The notes under the pieces are model-generated. The model saw nothing but the letters and a program-made list of their open reading frames with translations. It was not told the DNA's origin and searched no databases. From Nitrospirota bacterium (GTDB taxonomy: Bacteria; Nitrospirota; Thermodesulfovibrionia; SZUA-242), in the NCBI GenBank assembly GCA_027021335.1, contig JALUUO010000088.1, positions 37,916 through 101,915 of the forward strand: a stretch of 64,000 bases of DNA, given 5' to 3'. Shown in pieces: positions 1-10,538 of this stretch. A program made the translations under genes and the position numbers. Position 1 is the first letter of the stretch. Each line of letters opens with the position of its first letter.

Positions 1-1
1 T

Positions 2-1138
2 TTGATTGTTGCTATATTTGCAGGACAGGCGCTAATTGGCTGGGTGCTCCCTTTCAGGGGAAGCGACATTGTTTTTATGATAGTCTCATGCCTGTCTGTT
101 ATAGCTACTTCGTGGGCTTTTATCAGAATCCGCTATGAAATGCCTATAAATGACATTATGGCGGAATTCGGAGAATCCATTTATGGTGTCTCCGATTTTA
201 TGTCTGTGCTTAGCTTAAAGATCAAGGAAAACCAGGGGCTTGGAGAGCATCAAAAAAAAATAGGAGATATTCTATCCAAAATCAACGAAGCTGGTACTCA
301 GAGGGCAGTAGATTTTAATGATAAAGTTACAAGCTCCCTGGACGGTTTATCCGAAGTTATTGGAGATCTAAAGAATAATATTTCACAGTATGTCGGCGCT
401 ATTGAAGATTCCATTACAACCATAAACGAAATGGATGAACTAACCGTAAATGTGATGGAAAAAACAATGGAATCTACAGATGTGCTATCCTCTTCAACTA
501 AAAAAATAACAAATATGGTCTCTGTTGTTAAAAATGCAGGCAGGGAGATTGATCGTCTTAAGGAACTTGCAGAGCACATTCATAAAAGTATTGACACGAT
601 AAATGATATTTCAGACCAGACAAATCTTCTTGCGCTTAATGCTGCCATAGAGGCTGCAAGGGCCGGTGAAGCTGGAAGAGGATTTTCTATTGTGGCTGAT
701 GAGGTAAGAAAGCTGGCAGAGAATTCCAGCAAGGTGACAAAGGACATAGAGAGAGAGGTAAATGCTATATGTGATGCGGTAGAAAAGTCCGGGAACGAGT
801 TGGCAACCACTATTAAGTTGGCCGAAGCTCTTGGCGAGGCTACTGCCAATGCCAATAAAAGCGCTAGTGCGGTTATTGGATCTGTCTCGAACCTTGATTC
901 TCAGATAAGCTCAATAAACAGTCAGATGTCAAGATTTATGGACTCGGTTCAGAAGCTTATGCTGCTTGGCAAGACAGACGAGAATTTGCTCATGCCGCTT
1001 AAACGTTCCACGGAAGACTTGCTCTCATATCTGGAAGAGGTGACAGGCGTGGTTAATGAGGCATTGCTGATGCATAGTAAGCTGGTCGTTCCTGAAAAAA
1101 CGCCTATGCGTGGTTCGGTTAAATTACCGGCAATGTGA
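2..1138 (+). CDS. Methyl-accepting chemotaxis protein (5'-partial, runs off the window)
   Basis: MCP hairpin signature [38 protein letters not shown], preceded by hydrophobic TM segments. Confidence 0.93.
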   Translation: MIVAIFAGQALIGWVLPFRGSDIVFMIVSCLSVIATSWAFIRIRYEMPINDIMAEFGESIYGVSDFMSVLSLKIKENQGLGEHQKKIGDILSKINEAGTQRAVDFNDKVTSSLDGLSEVIGDLKNNISQYVGAIEDSITTINEMDELTVNVMEKTMESTDVLSSSTKKITNMVSVVKNAGREIDRLKELAEHIHKSIDTINDISDQTNLLALNAAIEAARAGEAGRGFSIVADEVRKLAENSSKVTKDIEREVNAICDAVEKSGNELATTIKLAEALGEATANANKSASAVIGSVSNLDSQISSINSQMSRFMDSVQKLMLLGKTDENLLMPLKRSTEDLLSYLEEVTGVVNEALLMHSKLVVPEKTPMRGSVKLPAM

Positions 1139-1140
1139 TT

Positions 1141-1361
1141 TTCGGATTCATACGCCACCGCTAATGAAGCCCTCCCAACAAACGGATCGGCAAACCAGGC
1201 CGGCCCTTGTCCGACACATAAAACTACCCAAACGCCTCTTCATAAAACGTCCGGTTCACTTTATGCGAAACAACGAAAAGACAATGCCCCCTATCCAGGA
1301 TCTGATCCAGACGGGCACGGAAGAGATCACCTTGGTCTCCACCTAGCTTTTTAGGTCGCAT
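1141..1361 (-). pseudogene. IS5-family transposase N-terminal remnant
   Basis: Manual translation from ATG at 1361: MRPKKLGGDQGDLFRARLDQILDRGHCLFVVSHKVNRTFYEEAFG*FYVSDKGRPGLPIRLLGGLH*. This matches the typical IS5 N-terminus (DLFRARLDQI...GRPxLPxRL..GL) and has two in-frame stops, after which it is truncated. Confidence 0.85.
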
Positions 1362-1454
1362 AAATCACCAGCTTTCGTAAGATTTTTAACGATTTCTGGT
1401 GTTTATTATGCCACAAATATGACAGCTTTTGCCAATAAAAACAAGGGCTTGTCT

Positions 1455-1473
1455 AGTTTTTAAGGGACGACTA
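1455..1473 (-). mobile_element. Probable left terminal inverted repeat of the IS5 remnant
   Basis: AGTTTTTAAGGGACGACTAA about 100 bp upstream of the transposase ATG; resembles the ..TTTTTCAGGGACGACTA ends of this IS5 subgroup (from memory). Confidence 0.6.
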
Positions 1474-1584
1474 ACTAACCGCTTACAAACATAATATTAA
1501 TGTAACCAGTACGGATAAACTTAAATTTGCTACCTTATCAGCAATATCGATATGTTTGCGAATTAAACCATGGGGAATTTCGGT

Positions 1585-2742
1585 TCAAACACGTTTCTCC
1601 TTTGTCGCCAGAGGTCCTCTTAAGAACGTCGGGACATCCAGGGGGTCTTCGTTTATCTGCGGCTCTGCCATGAAATCCAAAGAAGGCTCCTTGCTAAAAA
1701 GACGGTCCACAGCACGGGACGACCGGCCCACAGGGTCCTTTGGCCACCTCTTGATGCTGGGGTCTACCTGTACCGGAGCCTTTTTTTCTTCGAACCCTGT
1801 TGCTATAACTGTGACAGAAACATCGTCATCGAAATCAGGGTTTATTACCGCTCCGAAGATGATATTAGCCTCGGGATCGGCCATCTCCTGGATCAAAGAG
1901 AGGGCCTCATCAGCATCAGTAATTGTCATGGCAGGGCCGCCGGTTATATTAATTAGCACACCACGCGCGCCGTCTATGCTGAGGTCATCAAGAAGAGGAC
2001 TGGAAATAGCCTGCTTGGCCGCCTTCAAAGCCCGGCCTTCGCCGCTTCCCCTGCCTGCTCCCATAACGGTTTTGCCCATGCCCTCCATAATGGCTCGAAC
2101 ATCCGCAAAGTCGGCATTTATCAGGCCTGAGACCTGAATAATATCGGATATGCCCTGTATTGCCTGCTTCAGCACATCATCCGCGATGCGGAAAGCCTCG
2201 AGAAAGGGGCGGTCCTTGGCTACGGTAAGCAGACGGTTGTTCTGTATAGCGATAACCGCATCCACCTGTTCTCTTAGTTCTTTCAGTCCGGCTTCGGCAT
2301 TTCTCTTACGTTTAAGCCCCTCGAATAGAAACGGTTTTGTTACTACAGCAACTGTAAGAATCTCTTTCTCACGTGCCACCTCGGCCACAACCGGGGCGGC
2401 TCCAGTTCCTGTGCCGCCACCCATACCAGCCGTAATAAAGACCATATCTGAGCCCTCAAGGGCTTCGGAAATCTCCTGCCTGGCCTCAAGCGCAGCCTGG
2501 CGTCCCTTTTCAGGATCTGCGCCGGCGCCCAGGCCTCGTGTCAGGTCTTCGCCGACCTGAATTTTGATTGGCGCAAGAGAGGAAAACAGATCCTGGCTGT
2601 CAGTGTTTACAACGATAAACTCCACGCCTTCAAGACCGGCTGCTATCATATTATTGACTGCATTACCCCCGGCCCCTCCAACTCCCACAATTTTAATAGC
2701 GGCCCTTTTGCTTAGACTATCGCTCTCTTCGAGTTCAAACAT
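1585..2742 (-). CDS. ftsZ: Cell division GTPase FtsZ
   Basis: GGGTGTG tubulin signature and C-terminal LDVPTFLR. Start moved to ATG 2742 (MFELEES), which follows an AGGAGG RBS. Confidence 0.98.
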   Translation of the reverse strand: MFELEESDSLSKRAAIKIVGVGGAGGNAVNNMIAAGLEGVEFIVVNTDSQDLFSSLAPIKIQVGEDLTRGLGAGADPEKGRQAALEARQEISEALEGSDMVFITAGMGGGTGTGAAPVVAEVAREKEILTVAVVTKPFLFEGLKRKRNAEAGLKELREQVDAVIAIQNNRLLTVAKDRPFLEAFRIADDVLKQAIQGISDIIQVSGLINADFADVRAIMEGMGKTVMGAGRGSGEGRALKAAKQAISSPLLDDLSIDGARGVLINITGGPAMTITDADEALSLIQEMADPEANIIFGAVINPDFDDDVSVTVIATGFEEKKAPVQVDPSIKRWPKDPVGRSSRAVDRLFSKEPSLDFMAEPQINEDPLDVPTFLRGPLATKEKRV

Positions 2743-2830
2743 GTCAACCTCCTCACTTTTTGTTAAATAATTGAAGTTATGCAGGGACGACCCCTTGTGT
2801 TGGCTCAGTTGATTTCCATAAACCAGCAAA

Positions 2831-4087
2831 CTAAAATTTGAATAAACCCTCCACCCAGGACCTCATTCTATTTAGTATTCCGAAGAATAAACCGTCTTCG
2901 CTTAAAGAACGCATATCAAAATTAGCAAACTCTTTTTTTACACCATAAAGCACTAGGCCTACGCCGGTGGCATGCCTGGGATCTGAAACAGTATCAACAA
3001 GGCCGCCCACGCCGGTGGGAACTGCCCGGCGTACAGGAATATCCAGTATATCTTCGGCTAGTTCCAACATGCCGTCAAGCTGGGTGGCCCCGCCTGTAAA
3101 GACGATACCGGCAGTTATCATTTTGCCGCAGACCGACTCCTCGATTTCCCGGCGTACAAGATTTAAGAGTTCTTCGGTTCTTGGCTGGATTATATCCAAT
3201 AAATATGTTTTTGGAACTTCCTTCACCCGCTTGCTTGATGTGGAGGAATTCAATGCGCTTTTCAGGCGGATCATCTCGTTTTCTTTAATATTGGACATAA
3301 GAGTTGTAGCGTGTTCAACCTTGATTCGTTCGGCTTCCGGCATGGTAACCCGAAGGCCGACGGCCAGGTCGGTAGTAAATTGGTTCCCACCAATTGCGAT
3401 AACCGAGGTGTGGCATATACTACCCTGGTGAAACAGTGCAATGTCGGTCGTTCCGCCGCCGATATCCACTATGCCGATTCCCAGGTCTTTTTCATCCTGA
3501 TCCAGCGAAGCCTCAGCCGATGCAAGCGGTTCAAGAACTATATCAGCCACCTCCAGGTCAGCCTTTTCGCAGCACTTAACCAGGTTTTGAACCGCTGCCA
3601 CAGCGCCTGTTACTATATGCACCTCGGCCTCAAGACGCACACCGGCCATACCTCTTGGGTCCATTACTCCATCCTGGCCGTCAACGATGAATTCGTTCGT
3701 AATTACGTGAAGCATCTCGCGGTCAAGAGGAATGGCCACGGCTTTTGCAGCTTCTACAACCCTGTCTATATCGGCTTGCGATATCTCTCCACCCTTGACA
3801 GCAATTACGCCCCTGCTGTTAAATCCTTTTATATGGCCACCCGCGATGCCTACATTTACGGATCTAATCTCGACGCCTGCCATGCGCTCGGCATGCTCTA
3901 CCGCACTCTTTATAGATTCCACCGTGCTCTCGATGTTTACGACTATGCCCTTTCTTAACCCCTTGGAGGCGGCACGGCCCACACCTATGATATCAACACT
4001 TCCGTCCGGTTTTACCTCACCGACCACAGTACATATTTTGGTTGTCCCGACGTCAAGTCCGACTATAATCTCGTTTCCCTTTGCCAT
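2831..4087 (-). CDS. ftsA: Cell division protein FtsA
   Basis: GLDVGTTKI and VDIGGGTTD actin-like motifs; lies directly upstream of ftsZ. Confidence 0.98.
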   Translation of the reverse strand: MAKGNEIIVGLDVGTTKICTVVGEVKPDGSVDIIGVGRAASKGLRKGIVVNIESTVESIKSAVEHAERMAGVEIRSVNVGIAGGHIKGFNSRGVIAVKGGEISQADIDRVVEAAKAVAIPLDREMLHVITNEFIVDGQDGVMDPRGMAGVRLEAEVHIVTGAVAAVQNLVKCCEKADLEVADIVLEPLASAEASLDQDEKDLGIGIVDIGGGTTDIALFHQGSICHTSVIAIGGNQFTTDLAVGLRVTMPEAERIKVEHATTLMSNIKENEMIRLKSALNSSTSSKRVKEVPKTYLLDIIQPRTEELLNLVRREIEESVCGKMITAGIVFTGGATQLDGMLELAEDILDIPVRRAVPTGVGGLVDTVSDPRHATGVGLVLYGVKKEFANFDMRSLSEDGLFFGILNRMRSWVEGLFKF

Positions 4088-4119
4088 AGTGTTGTCCTCA
4101 GTACAAAAGCCGGCTCATT

Positions 4120-4920
4120 CTAGCTTTTTGCCAGCCGACGCCGGTTTGTAGTAAGTGGTTTGACAATAACCTTCTTGGAAAAACGCAGATCCACGTAGTC
4201 TACATCTATTTGCCTCTTTGCCACCTCGGCTTCGATATCAAGCCACCGGTCCAGTTTTGCCGGAAAGCCGTCGTTGCCCATTTTTACAACAAGCCCGCCT
4301 ATATGCATAACAAGACACTTCGGATCTTTTAGCGAAATTTCAACCGACTCGCCCCTTTCAACTATACCGTTGTCACCAAGAACCCTGACCAGATCCATGG
4401 CCGCGGCGTCAACCGGTTCTTTTTGTGTGTCAGTAATAACCGGAAGAAAAGGCACATTTGCCGATTCAAGTTTTTCTATGATCCAGCCATTGGAGTCTAG
4501 AAAGTAAAAACCCCTCTTCTTCTGAAGAAGAGCAACCGGCTCGCGCTCGTTTATAAATACACGCACTGTCGAGGGAAACTCCTTTCTGATTTTTGCATCA
4601 CGTATCCACGGAAAATTCTTGAGCGCCCTCCTTAACTCCTTGGGATCCAGAGAGAACATGTTTAGATCGACACCAGTATCTACAAGTTCTGCAACCTCGG
4701 CCTTTGAGAGGCGATGGGTGCCTTCTACCAGAATGTTTTTAACAGGTGCTATTTTTGTTATAAATTCGATAGATGACAATGGAATATACCGGTACAGAAA
4801 ATACGCTCCTAGCGCAGATCCGCAAAAAAGCAGTACCAACAGTGCAACAGCAGCCAGTTTTTTTCTTAGGGCTTTCTGTTTTTCCCTATCTTTTTTCTTG
4901 GAGTTCAAGCGACGTGCCAA
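4120..4920 (-). CDS. ftsQ: Cell division protein FtsQ/DivIB
   Basis: Single TM, POTRA region (PWIRDAKIRKEFPSTV), C-terminal YVDLRF; dcw position. Confidence 0.93.
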   Translation of the reverse strand: MARRLNSKKKDREKQKALRKKLAAVALLVLLFCGSALGAYFLYRYIPLSSIEFITKIAPVKNILVEGTHRLSKAEVAELVDTGVDLNMFSLDPKELRRALKNFPWIRDAKIRKEFPSTVRVFINEREPVALLQKKRGFYFLDSNGWIIEKLESANVPFLPVITDTQKEPVDAAAMDLVRVLGDNGIVERGESVEISLKDPKCLVMHIGGLVVKMGNDGFPAKLDRWLDIEAEVAKRQIDVDYVDLRFSKKVIVKPLTTNRRRLAKS

Positions 4921-5812
4921 TTATCTCCTCCAGGAGTTTATCAAATTCAATGCCGGCAGCCCGTGCTATCTTTGGCAGAAGACTCGTAGGGGTCATGCCC
5001 GGCAGAGTGTTGACTTCAAGAAGAAACGGTTCACCGTTTACGTCAATACGGAAGTCCACTCTGCTGTAAACCCTGCATCCGATAGCGCGATGCGCGTTTA
5101 ATGCTGTAACCTTGAGCCGCTCATATAGTGCATCGTCAATACAGGGTGGAAGCAGGTACTCGGTCATGCCTCCAGTATACTTGCACTCGTAGTTATAAAA
5201 GTCTGACTTCGGGCGCACTTCAACTCCTCCCAGAGACCTGTTGCCGAGCACGCCCAGGTGAACCTCTCTTCCGTCTATATACTTCTCTACAAGTACACGG
5301 TCTCCGTACCTGAATGCGTTTTCAAGAGCAGGTTTCAAATTCTGAGAGTCATTAACTATGCTAACCCCTATGCTGGAGCCTTCGGCAGCAGGTTTAACTA
5401 CCAAAGGAGGGGAAGAAAAATCGTGAAAACTACCCTTTTCCACTAAAGGTGTCTTCAAAACCCTGTAGCTTGGCACCCGGATGCCTGCTGCCTGAAATAT
5501 AACTTTCGACATGACCTTATCCATGGCAAGCGCTGATGCGAGTATGCCGGAACCGGAGTATGGTATCTCCATAATTTCGAGCAGGCCCTGGACAGCACCA
5601 TTTTCTCCTTTGCCGCCATGAAGTGCAATAAATGCAAACTCAATACCCTCGGCAGCCAGAACAGTGGGCAGGTCTTTACCAGCATCCACGGTCACAACGT
5701 TATAGCCAAGACGGGAGAGTGTCTCTGCAATAGGCTTACCTGTTGCAAGAGAGACCTCGCGCTCTGCAGAGCGGCCGCCCATTATGACTCCTATTTTCTT
5801 CGTGGTAATCAT
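4886..5812 (-). CDS. ddl: D-alanine--D-alanine ligase
   Basis: GGRSAEREVSL, ALHGGKGENG, LEVNTLPGMT. Confidence 0.97.
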   Translation of the reverse strand: MITTKKIGVIMGGRSAEREVSLATGKPIAETLSRLGYNVVTVDAGKDLPTVLAAEGIEFAFIALHGGKGENGAVQGLLEIMEIPYSGSGILASALAMDKVMSKVIFQAAGIRVPSYRVLKTPLVEKGSFHDFSSPPLVVKPAAEGSSIGVSIVNDSQNLKPALENAFRYGDRVLVEKYIDGREVHLGVLGNRSLGGVEVRPKSDFYNYECKYTGGMTEYLLPPCIDDALYERLKVTALNAHRAIGCRVYSRVDFRIDVNGEPFLLEVNTLPGMTPTSLLPKIARAAGIEFDKLLEEIIGTSLELQEKR

Positions 5813-5829
5813 TTTTCTAGTCTCGTTGT

Positions 5830-6777
5830 TTAGGACTTGCGTCCAATTACTCGCACCTCCGGCTCAAGCACCACTCCTGTTTTTAGCTCTACTTCCTCTT
5901 TTATACGTTCCATCAGAGTAATAAACTGTGTGGCTGTTCCAGAGCCGTCATTAATGAAGAAATTCGCATGCTGCGTACTTACCCTTATGCCACCTTCCGA
6001 AGCTCCTCGAAGACCTGCCGCATCTATAAGCTTCCATGCAGAACTGTCTCCTTCTCCTTCCGGATTTTTAAAGACGCAGCCCGCGCTTTTATCTGAAAGC
6101 GGCTGCCTCTGCTGTTTTTCGTGATGGTAATCAGTCATCTGGTTTAAAACCTTCACCGGTTCGCTCTTTTCCAGCAATATATTAGCGCCCAGGATCAAAA
6201 GTTCATCATCAAGTCCGCAACTTCGGTATCTAAATGGAATTTCGCTTTGAGGAATCCGTGAAATACGGCCTTTTCGGTTCATCACAACCACCGACTCTAC
6301 GACATCTTTTATTTCTGCGCCAAAAGCCCCCGCGTTCATACGAATCGCTCCGCCAACCGAACCTGGAATTCCTGAGAGTTCCTCCAGCCCTGAAAAGCCT
6401 TTTTCTGCACAGAATCTGAGTAACTTGGCAAGCGATACCCCCGCCTCCACAAAAAGCTTTGCAGGCTCGCTGTCACTGCCTCCGCTAATAGCCTCCAACC
6501 GGTTCAGCTTCATCAATGAGACGGTAATGCCGCTTATTCCTCTGTCACGGATCACAACATTGCTGCCGCCGCCAAGCACGGTAAGCGGCAGGTTGTCATC
6601 TGCAGAAGCAATAAGAACACCCTGCACAGAGATGATCTCAGCAGGCACTGCCAGTAGATCGGCCAATCCTCCTACCCCCAAGGTGGTGTGACGGGCCATA
6701 GGCTCATCAAAAAAGACCTCGCCCCCGAATGAGCCTTGGGGAAAACGCTTATACCAATAATTTTCTGTTATTTTCAT
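5830..6777 (-). CDS. murB: UDP-N-acetylmuramate dehydrogenase
   Basis: LGGGSNV, GIPGSVGGAIRMNAGA, SAGCVFKNP, HANF. Confidence 0.97.
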   Translation of the reverse strand: MKITENYWYKRFPQGSFGGEVFFDEPMARHTTLGVGGLADLLAVPAEIISVQGVLIASADDNLPLTVLGGGSNVVIRDRGISGITVSLMKLNRLEAISGGSDSEPAKLFVEAGVSLAKLLRFCAEKGFSGLEELSGIPGSVGGAIRMNAGAFGAEIKDVVESVVVMNRKGRISRIPQSEIPFRYRSCGLDDELLILGANILLEKSEPVKVLNQMTDYHHEKQQRQPLSDKSAGCVFKNPEGEGDSSAWKLIDAAGLRGASEGGIRVSTQHANFFINDGSGTATQFITLMERIKEEVELKTGVVLEPEVRVIGRKS

Positions 6778-8173
6778 ACACCCCTTCGTCTTTGGCTTTT
6801 TGCTCTTTGCCCTTTGATTTTAATATTTCCTCGCCCATTTTGAAGACGTCACCTGCTCCAAGAGTAAAAAAGATATCGTCCTCTTTTAGGTCGTTCACTA
6901 TATGGTTTATAAGATTTTTCTTATCACCGCTATACACGACATCAACCTGACTGTATTGCCTGATTCCATTTTCGAGCACAGAAGAATGAACCCCTTCTTC
7001 CGGCTCTTCGCCTGCCGGGTATATATCGGTTAGGTAAACAAGATCGGCATCTTTAAATGCTCCAAAAAACTCTGTCATAAGGTCTCTTGTTCTTGAGTAC
7101 CTGTGAGGCTGAAAAAGTGCGACAACCCTTTTACTTGAAATCTCTTTTGCCGCTGCCAGTGTAGCCCGTATTTCGGTTGGGTGATGCGCGTAGTCATCAA
7201 AAACCCTTACTCCTGCAGCTTCGCCCTTTAGTTCAAAACGCCGCTGTATACCGCTGAACGAGGCCAACCCCTCGGCGATCCAGCTGGGAGCCATTCCGAG
7301 TTCTAGGCCCACTGCTATGGCTGCCAAGGCGTTTGAAACGTTATGTATTCCTGGTGATGGGACCTTGAATTCACCCAGTATTTGTCCTTTTAAAAAAGCT
7401 CTGAATCTGGATCCGCCGGGGCCGCGTGTTATATCTTTGGCCACAAGGTCGGCGTCTGCTGTTATACCGTAGGTGATAAACCTGCGATGTACGGAGGGTA
7501 CAAGATCTCTTACATGCTGGTCGTCCTTACAGAGTATGGCAAGACCGTAAAACGGAACCTTGTTGATAAAATCCAGAAAGGCCTTTTTTAGATCCTCCAT
7601 AGACTTAAAATAATCCATATGTTCACGGTCTATACAGGTGAGCACGGCAACCGTGGGAGTCAGTAAAATAAAGGAACCATCGCTTTCATCCGCTTCGGCT
7701 ACAAGTATGTCTCCTTGACCTAACTTTGCGTTACTTCCCAGACCTTTCAGCTTTCCTCCAATTACAACCGTAGGGTCAAAAGAAGTAAGCATGGTGGAGA
7801 TAAGCGACGTTGTTGTTGTTTTTCCATGGCTTCCTGTTACGGCGATTCCCGACTTAAGACGCATGAGTTCAGCCAGCATTTCGGCTCTCGGTATTACCGG
7901 AATATTCTGCCGGTGTGCCTCGGCGACCTCAGGGTTATCCTGATTTACCGCAGATGATATTACTACTACATGGGCATCAGTCACGTTTTCAGGGCTGTGT
8001 CCTATCCATATTTTGATACCAAGGTCGTTAAGTCTTCGCGTATTGGCGGACTCTCTGCAGTCCGACCCGCTTACATCATAGTTCAGGTTATGTAGTACCT
8101 CGGCAATCCCGCTCATGCCTATTCCGCCGATACCTACGAAATGGATACGTTTTATACCTCTAAAATGCGTCAC
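6749..8173 (-). CDS. murC: UDP-N-acetylmuramate--L-alanine ligase
   Basis: HFVGIGGIGMSGIA, GSHGKTTTT, EADESD, DDYAHHPTE. Confidence 0.98.
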   Translation of the reverse strand: MTHFRGIKRIHFVGIGGIGMSGIAEVLHNLNYDVSGSDCRESANTRRLNDLGIKIWIGHSPENVTDAHVVVISSAVNQDNPEVAEAHRQNIPVIPRAEMLAELMRLKSGIAVTGSHGKTTTTSLISTMLTSFDPTVVIGGKLKGLGSNAKLGQGDILVAEADESDGSFILLTPTVAVLTCIDREHMDYFKSMEDLKKAFLDFINKVPFYGLAILCKDDQHVRDLVPSVHRRFITYGITADADLVAKDITRGPGGSRFRAFLKGQILGEFKVPSPGIHNVSNALAAIAVGLELGMAPSWIAEGLASFSGIQRRFELKGEAAGVRVFDDYAHHPTEIRATLAAAKEISSKRVVALFQPHRYSRTRDLMTEFFGAFKDADLVYLTDIYPAGEEPEEGVHSSVLENGIRQYSQVDVVYSGDKKNLINHIVNDLKEDDIFFTLGAGDVFKMGEEILKSKGKEQKAKDEGVYENNRKLLV

Positions 8174-8211
8174 TGTTTAATTACTTCCTTTCCCTTGTTT
8201 GAATTCATGGT

Positions 8212-9315
8212 TCATTGTTTAATTAACTCGTATGCAAGTTCTACAACCCGTTTTGCCGAGTCTGGCTTTACAAGAGACCTGCTTGCTCTCTCCATTGACG
8301 CCACCTCTTTCGGGTTTTCATAGAGATCTGTTATGCATGCGGCAAGAGAAGTTCCGGAAATATCCTTGTCCAGTATCATTCTGCAGGCCCCCATGTCCAG
8401 AAGTTTTCTTGCGTTAACCTCCTGGTGATTCCGCGCCGCGTACGGATATGGCACAAGTACCGATGCTTTGCCGCAGGCTGAAAGTTCCGCAAGAGTTGAA
8501 GCTCCTGCCCTGCAGATCACGATATCGGCAGCAGCATATGCAAGCTGCATATCGTAGAGATAGTTGGTTACAATTCCCTGAGCGCAGAGCTGTCTGTATT
8601 TTTCTTTTACCTCCGACTCATCAGCTTTCCCGGTCTGGTGAATCACCTGAATTTTCTTTTTCATACCTGTATCAGAAAATAATTTTAGTGCATCCACCAT
8701 GGCCACGTTCAGGCTATGCGCACCTCTGGAGCCGCCCAGCACAAAAACTGTAAACAAATTCTCATCAAGTCCCAGCGCTTTCATAGCGGTCTGCCTGTCA
8801 CCCGAAGTGATCGAGGCACGTACAGGATTTCCTGTTAAAAATGTCTTGTCATTGCGAAAGCGCTGTCGGCTGTCCGGATAAGTTACGGCTACTGTGTCCA
8901 CGAAAAAATTCCCAAGCAATCTGTTGGTTAGGCCAGGCACTGCGTTTTGTTCATGTATCATGGTTGGAAATCCCATCCAGCTTGCCATTGCAAGCACAGG
9001 GCCGGATGCATAACCACCCACGCCTATTACTACGTGTGGATCAAAAGTCTCCAGTATTGCCCGCGATTGAATAAGCCCCTTTGGTATAGTCATCAAGGAC
9101 TTAAGTAATTTAAATAACCCCACGTTTACTATTCCCTCAACCTTTATGAACTGTATATTAAATCCCTCTTTCGGTACTACCTTCTGCTCAAGACCTCGAA
9201 GTGTTCCAACAAAAAGCAGTTCATTAGACGAGTCACGCGCCTTAAATTCTGATGCTATGGCAAGGGCGGGATATAGATGCCCGCCAGTGCCGCCACCGGC
9301 TATAATAATCTTCAT
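8212..9315 (-). CDS. murG: Lipid II GlcNAc transferase MurG
   Basis: GGGTGGH, HEQNAVPG, GNPVR, GGSRGA, HQEVNA. Confidence 0.98.
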   Translation of the reverse strand: MKIIIAGGGTGGHLYPALAIASEFKARDSSNELLFVGTLRGLEQKVVPKEGFNIQFIKVEGIVNVGLFKLLKSLMTIPKGLIQSRAILETFDPHVVIGVGGYASGPVLAMASWMGFPTMIHEQNAVPGLTNRLLGNFFVDTVAVTYPDSRQRFRNDKTFLTGNPVRASITSGDRQTAMKALGLDENLFTVFVLGGSRGAHSLNVAMVDALKLFSDTGMKKKIQVIHQTGKADESEVKEKYRQLCAQGIVTNYLYDMQLAYAAADIVICRAGASTLAELSACGKASVLVPYPYAARNHQEVNARKLLDMGACRMILDKDISGTSLAACITDLYENPKEVASMERASRSLVKPDSAKRVVELAYELIKQ

Positions 9316-10538
9316 TTCGCTACGTCAGGTGTCCTGGCGTAGGTACTGCTTCTTAGAGAACCGCGCAAGTCAGCCGGCAATGAACCGGAAGATGAACGGT
9401 TGTAGCGTTGCCCTCGTGATATGCTCATGAGGATTCCAGCAGCCGAAAGACTGACCAGCATGGAAGAGCCGCCGTAGCTCACAAAAGGAAGAGGTAGCCC
9501 CTTGGTCGGCAAAAGTCCTGTGGCTACAGCCACATTAAGCAGTGCCTGAAGAACTATCATAAGTGTAAGACCTAAGGCCAAGTAGCGCCCGAATGAGTCT
9601 TCGGCTGTAAATGTCAGGCGCATTCCACGAACCAGTATAACCAGAAAAAGTATCACCACACCTAGTGCACCGATAAGACCCAGCTCTTCACCGAGCATAG
9701 AGAATATGAAGTCTGTATGAGCTTCTGGTAGAAAAAAGAGTTTTTGCGGGCCTTCACCCAATCCCACCCCTGTAATTCCGCCGTTACCGAAGGAAAGCAG
9801 TGATTGGACCAATTGATATCCGCTGCCATACTCGTCTTTCCACGGATCCATAAAAGATGTAAGCCGCAGCATCCTATAAGGAGTCTGTACCAGCATATAA
9901 ATTGCGGCGGCGGCAATAGGCGACAGCAGCATAAAATACCTGCCACGTACCCCGCCTGCAAAAAGAAGAGCCAGACCTATTATGGCAAAGCTTACAAAAG
10001 CTCCAAAATCAGGCTGTAATATTATTGTCAGCTGAAATAACGCCATTATACCAACCGGTACAAGGAAGCCTGTAACAGGGTGTCCCATCTTTCGCCTGAG
10101 GGCGTGAGCCGCATTCAGCTTCATCTCTATATGAATATCCAGAGGTTTACTCATGTAGTCAGCCAGAAAAATCACATAGGCCAGCTTTGCAAGTTCAGAG
10201 GGTTGAAACGTCGAAGGCCAGAGCCTGATCCATCGCCTGGCACCGTTTGCACTTACACCTATTTCTCCGTTGAAGACCAACAGAAGAAGAATAAAAGAAA
10301 TTACCAGCAAAGGAGTAGCAGCTTTTCTTAAATGCCTGTAATCCATGAACATAAATACCGTCATTGCCATAAGCCCCACCAGCACTGACTGCACGTGACG
10401 AATCAAGAAGGCGAGTTCTCCGCCCCGGCTTTTCATGGCCATAACCGCTGTTGCGCTGTAGACCATAAGCACGCCCAGACCTACCAGGCTCAAGGCAGCA
10501 GCCAAAATGCCCCTGTCATGTCCGGATGAAACGATCAT
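9312..10538 (-). CDS. ftsW: SEDS peptidoglycan polymerase FtsW
   Basis: GARRWI, FQPSELAK, LPEAHTDFIF, PTKGLPLPFVSYGGSS. Confidence 0.97.
   Translation of the reverse strand: MIVSSGHDRGILAAALSLVGLGVLMVYSATAVMAMKSRGGELAFLIRHVQSVLVGLMAMTVFMFMDYRHLRKAATPLLVISFILLLLVFNGEIGVSANGARRWIRLWPSTFQPSELAKLAYVIFLADYMSKPLDIHIEMKLNAAHALRRKMGHPVTGFLVPVGIMALFQLTIILQPDFGAFVSFAIIGLALLFAGGVRGRYFMLLSPIAAAAIYMLVQTPYRMLRLTSFMDPWKDEYGSGYQLVQSLLSFGNGGITGVGLGEGPQKLFFLPEAHTDFIFSMLGEELGLIGALGVVILFLVILVRGMRLTFTAEDSFGRYLALGLTLMIVLQALLNVAVATGLLPTKGLPLPFVSYGGSSMLVSLSAAGILMSISRGQRYNRSSSGSLPADLRGSLRSSTYARTPDVAK

Noticed and set aside
1110-1346. 78-aa plus-strand ORF
   Set aside because: It is the antisense shadow of the IS5 transposase remnant and has no recognisable motif
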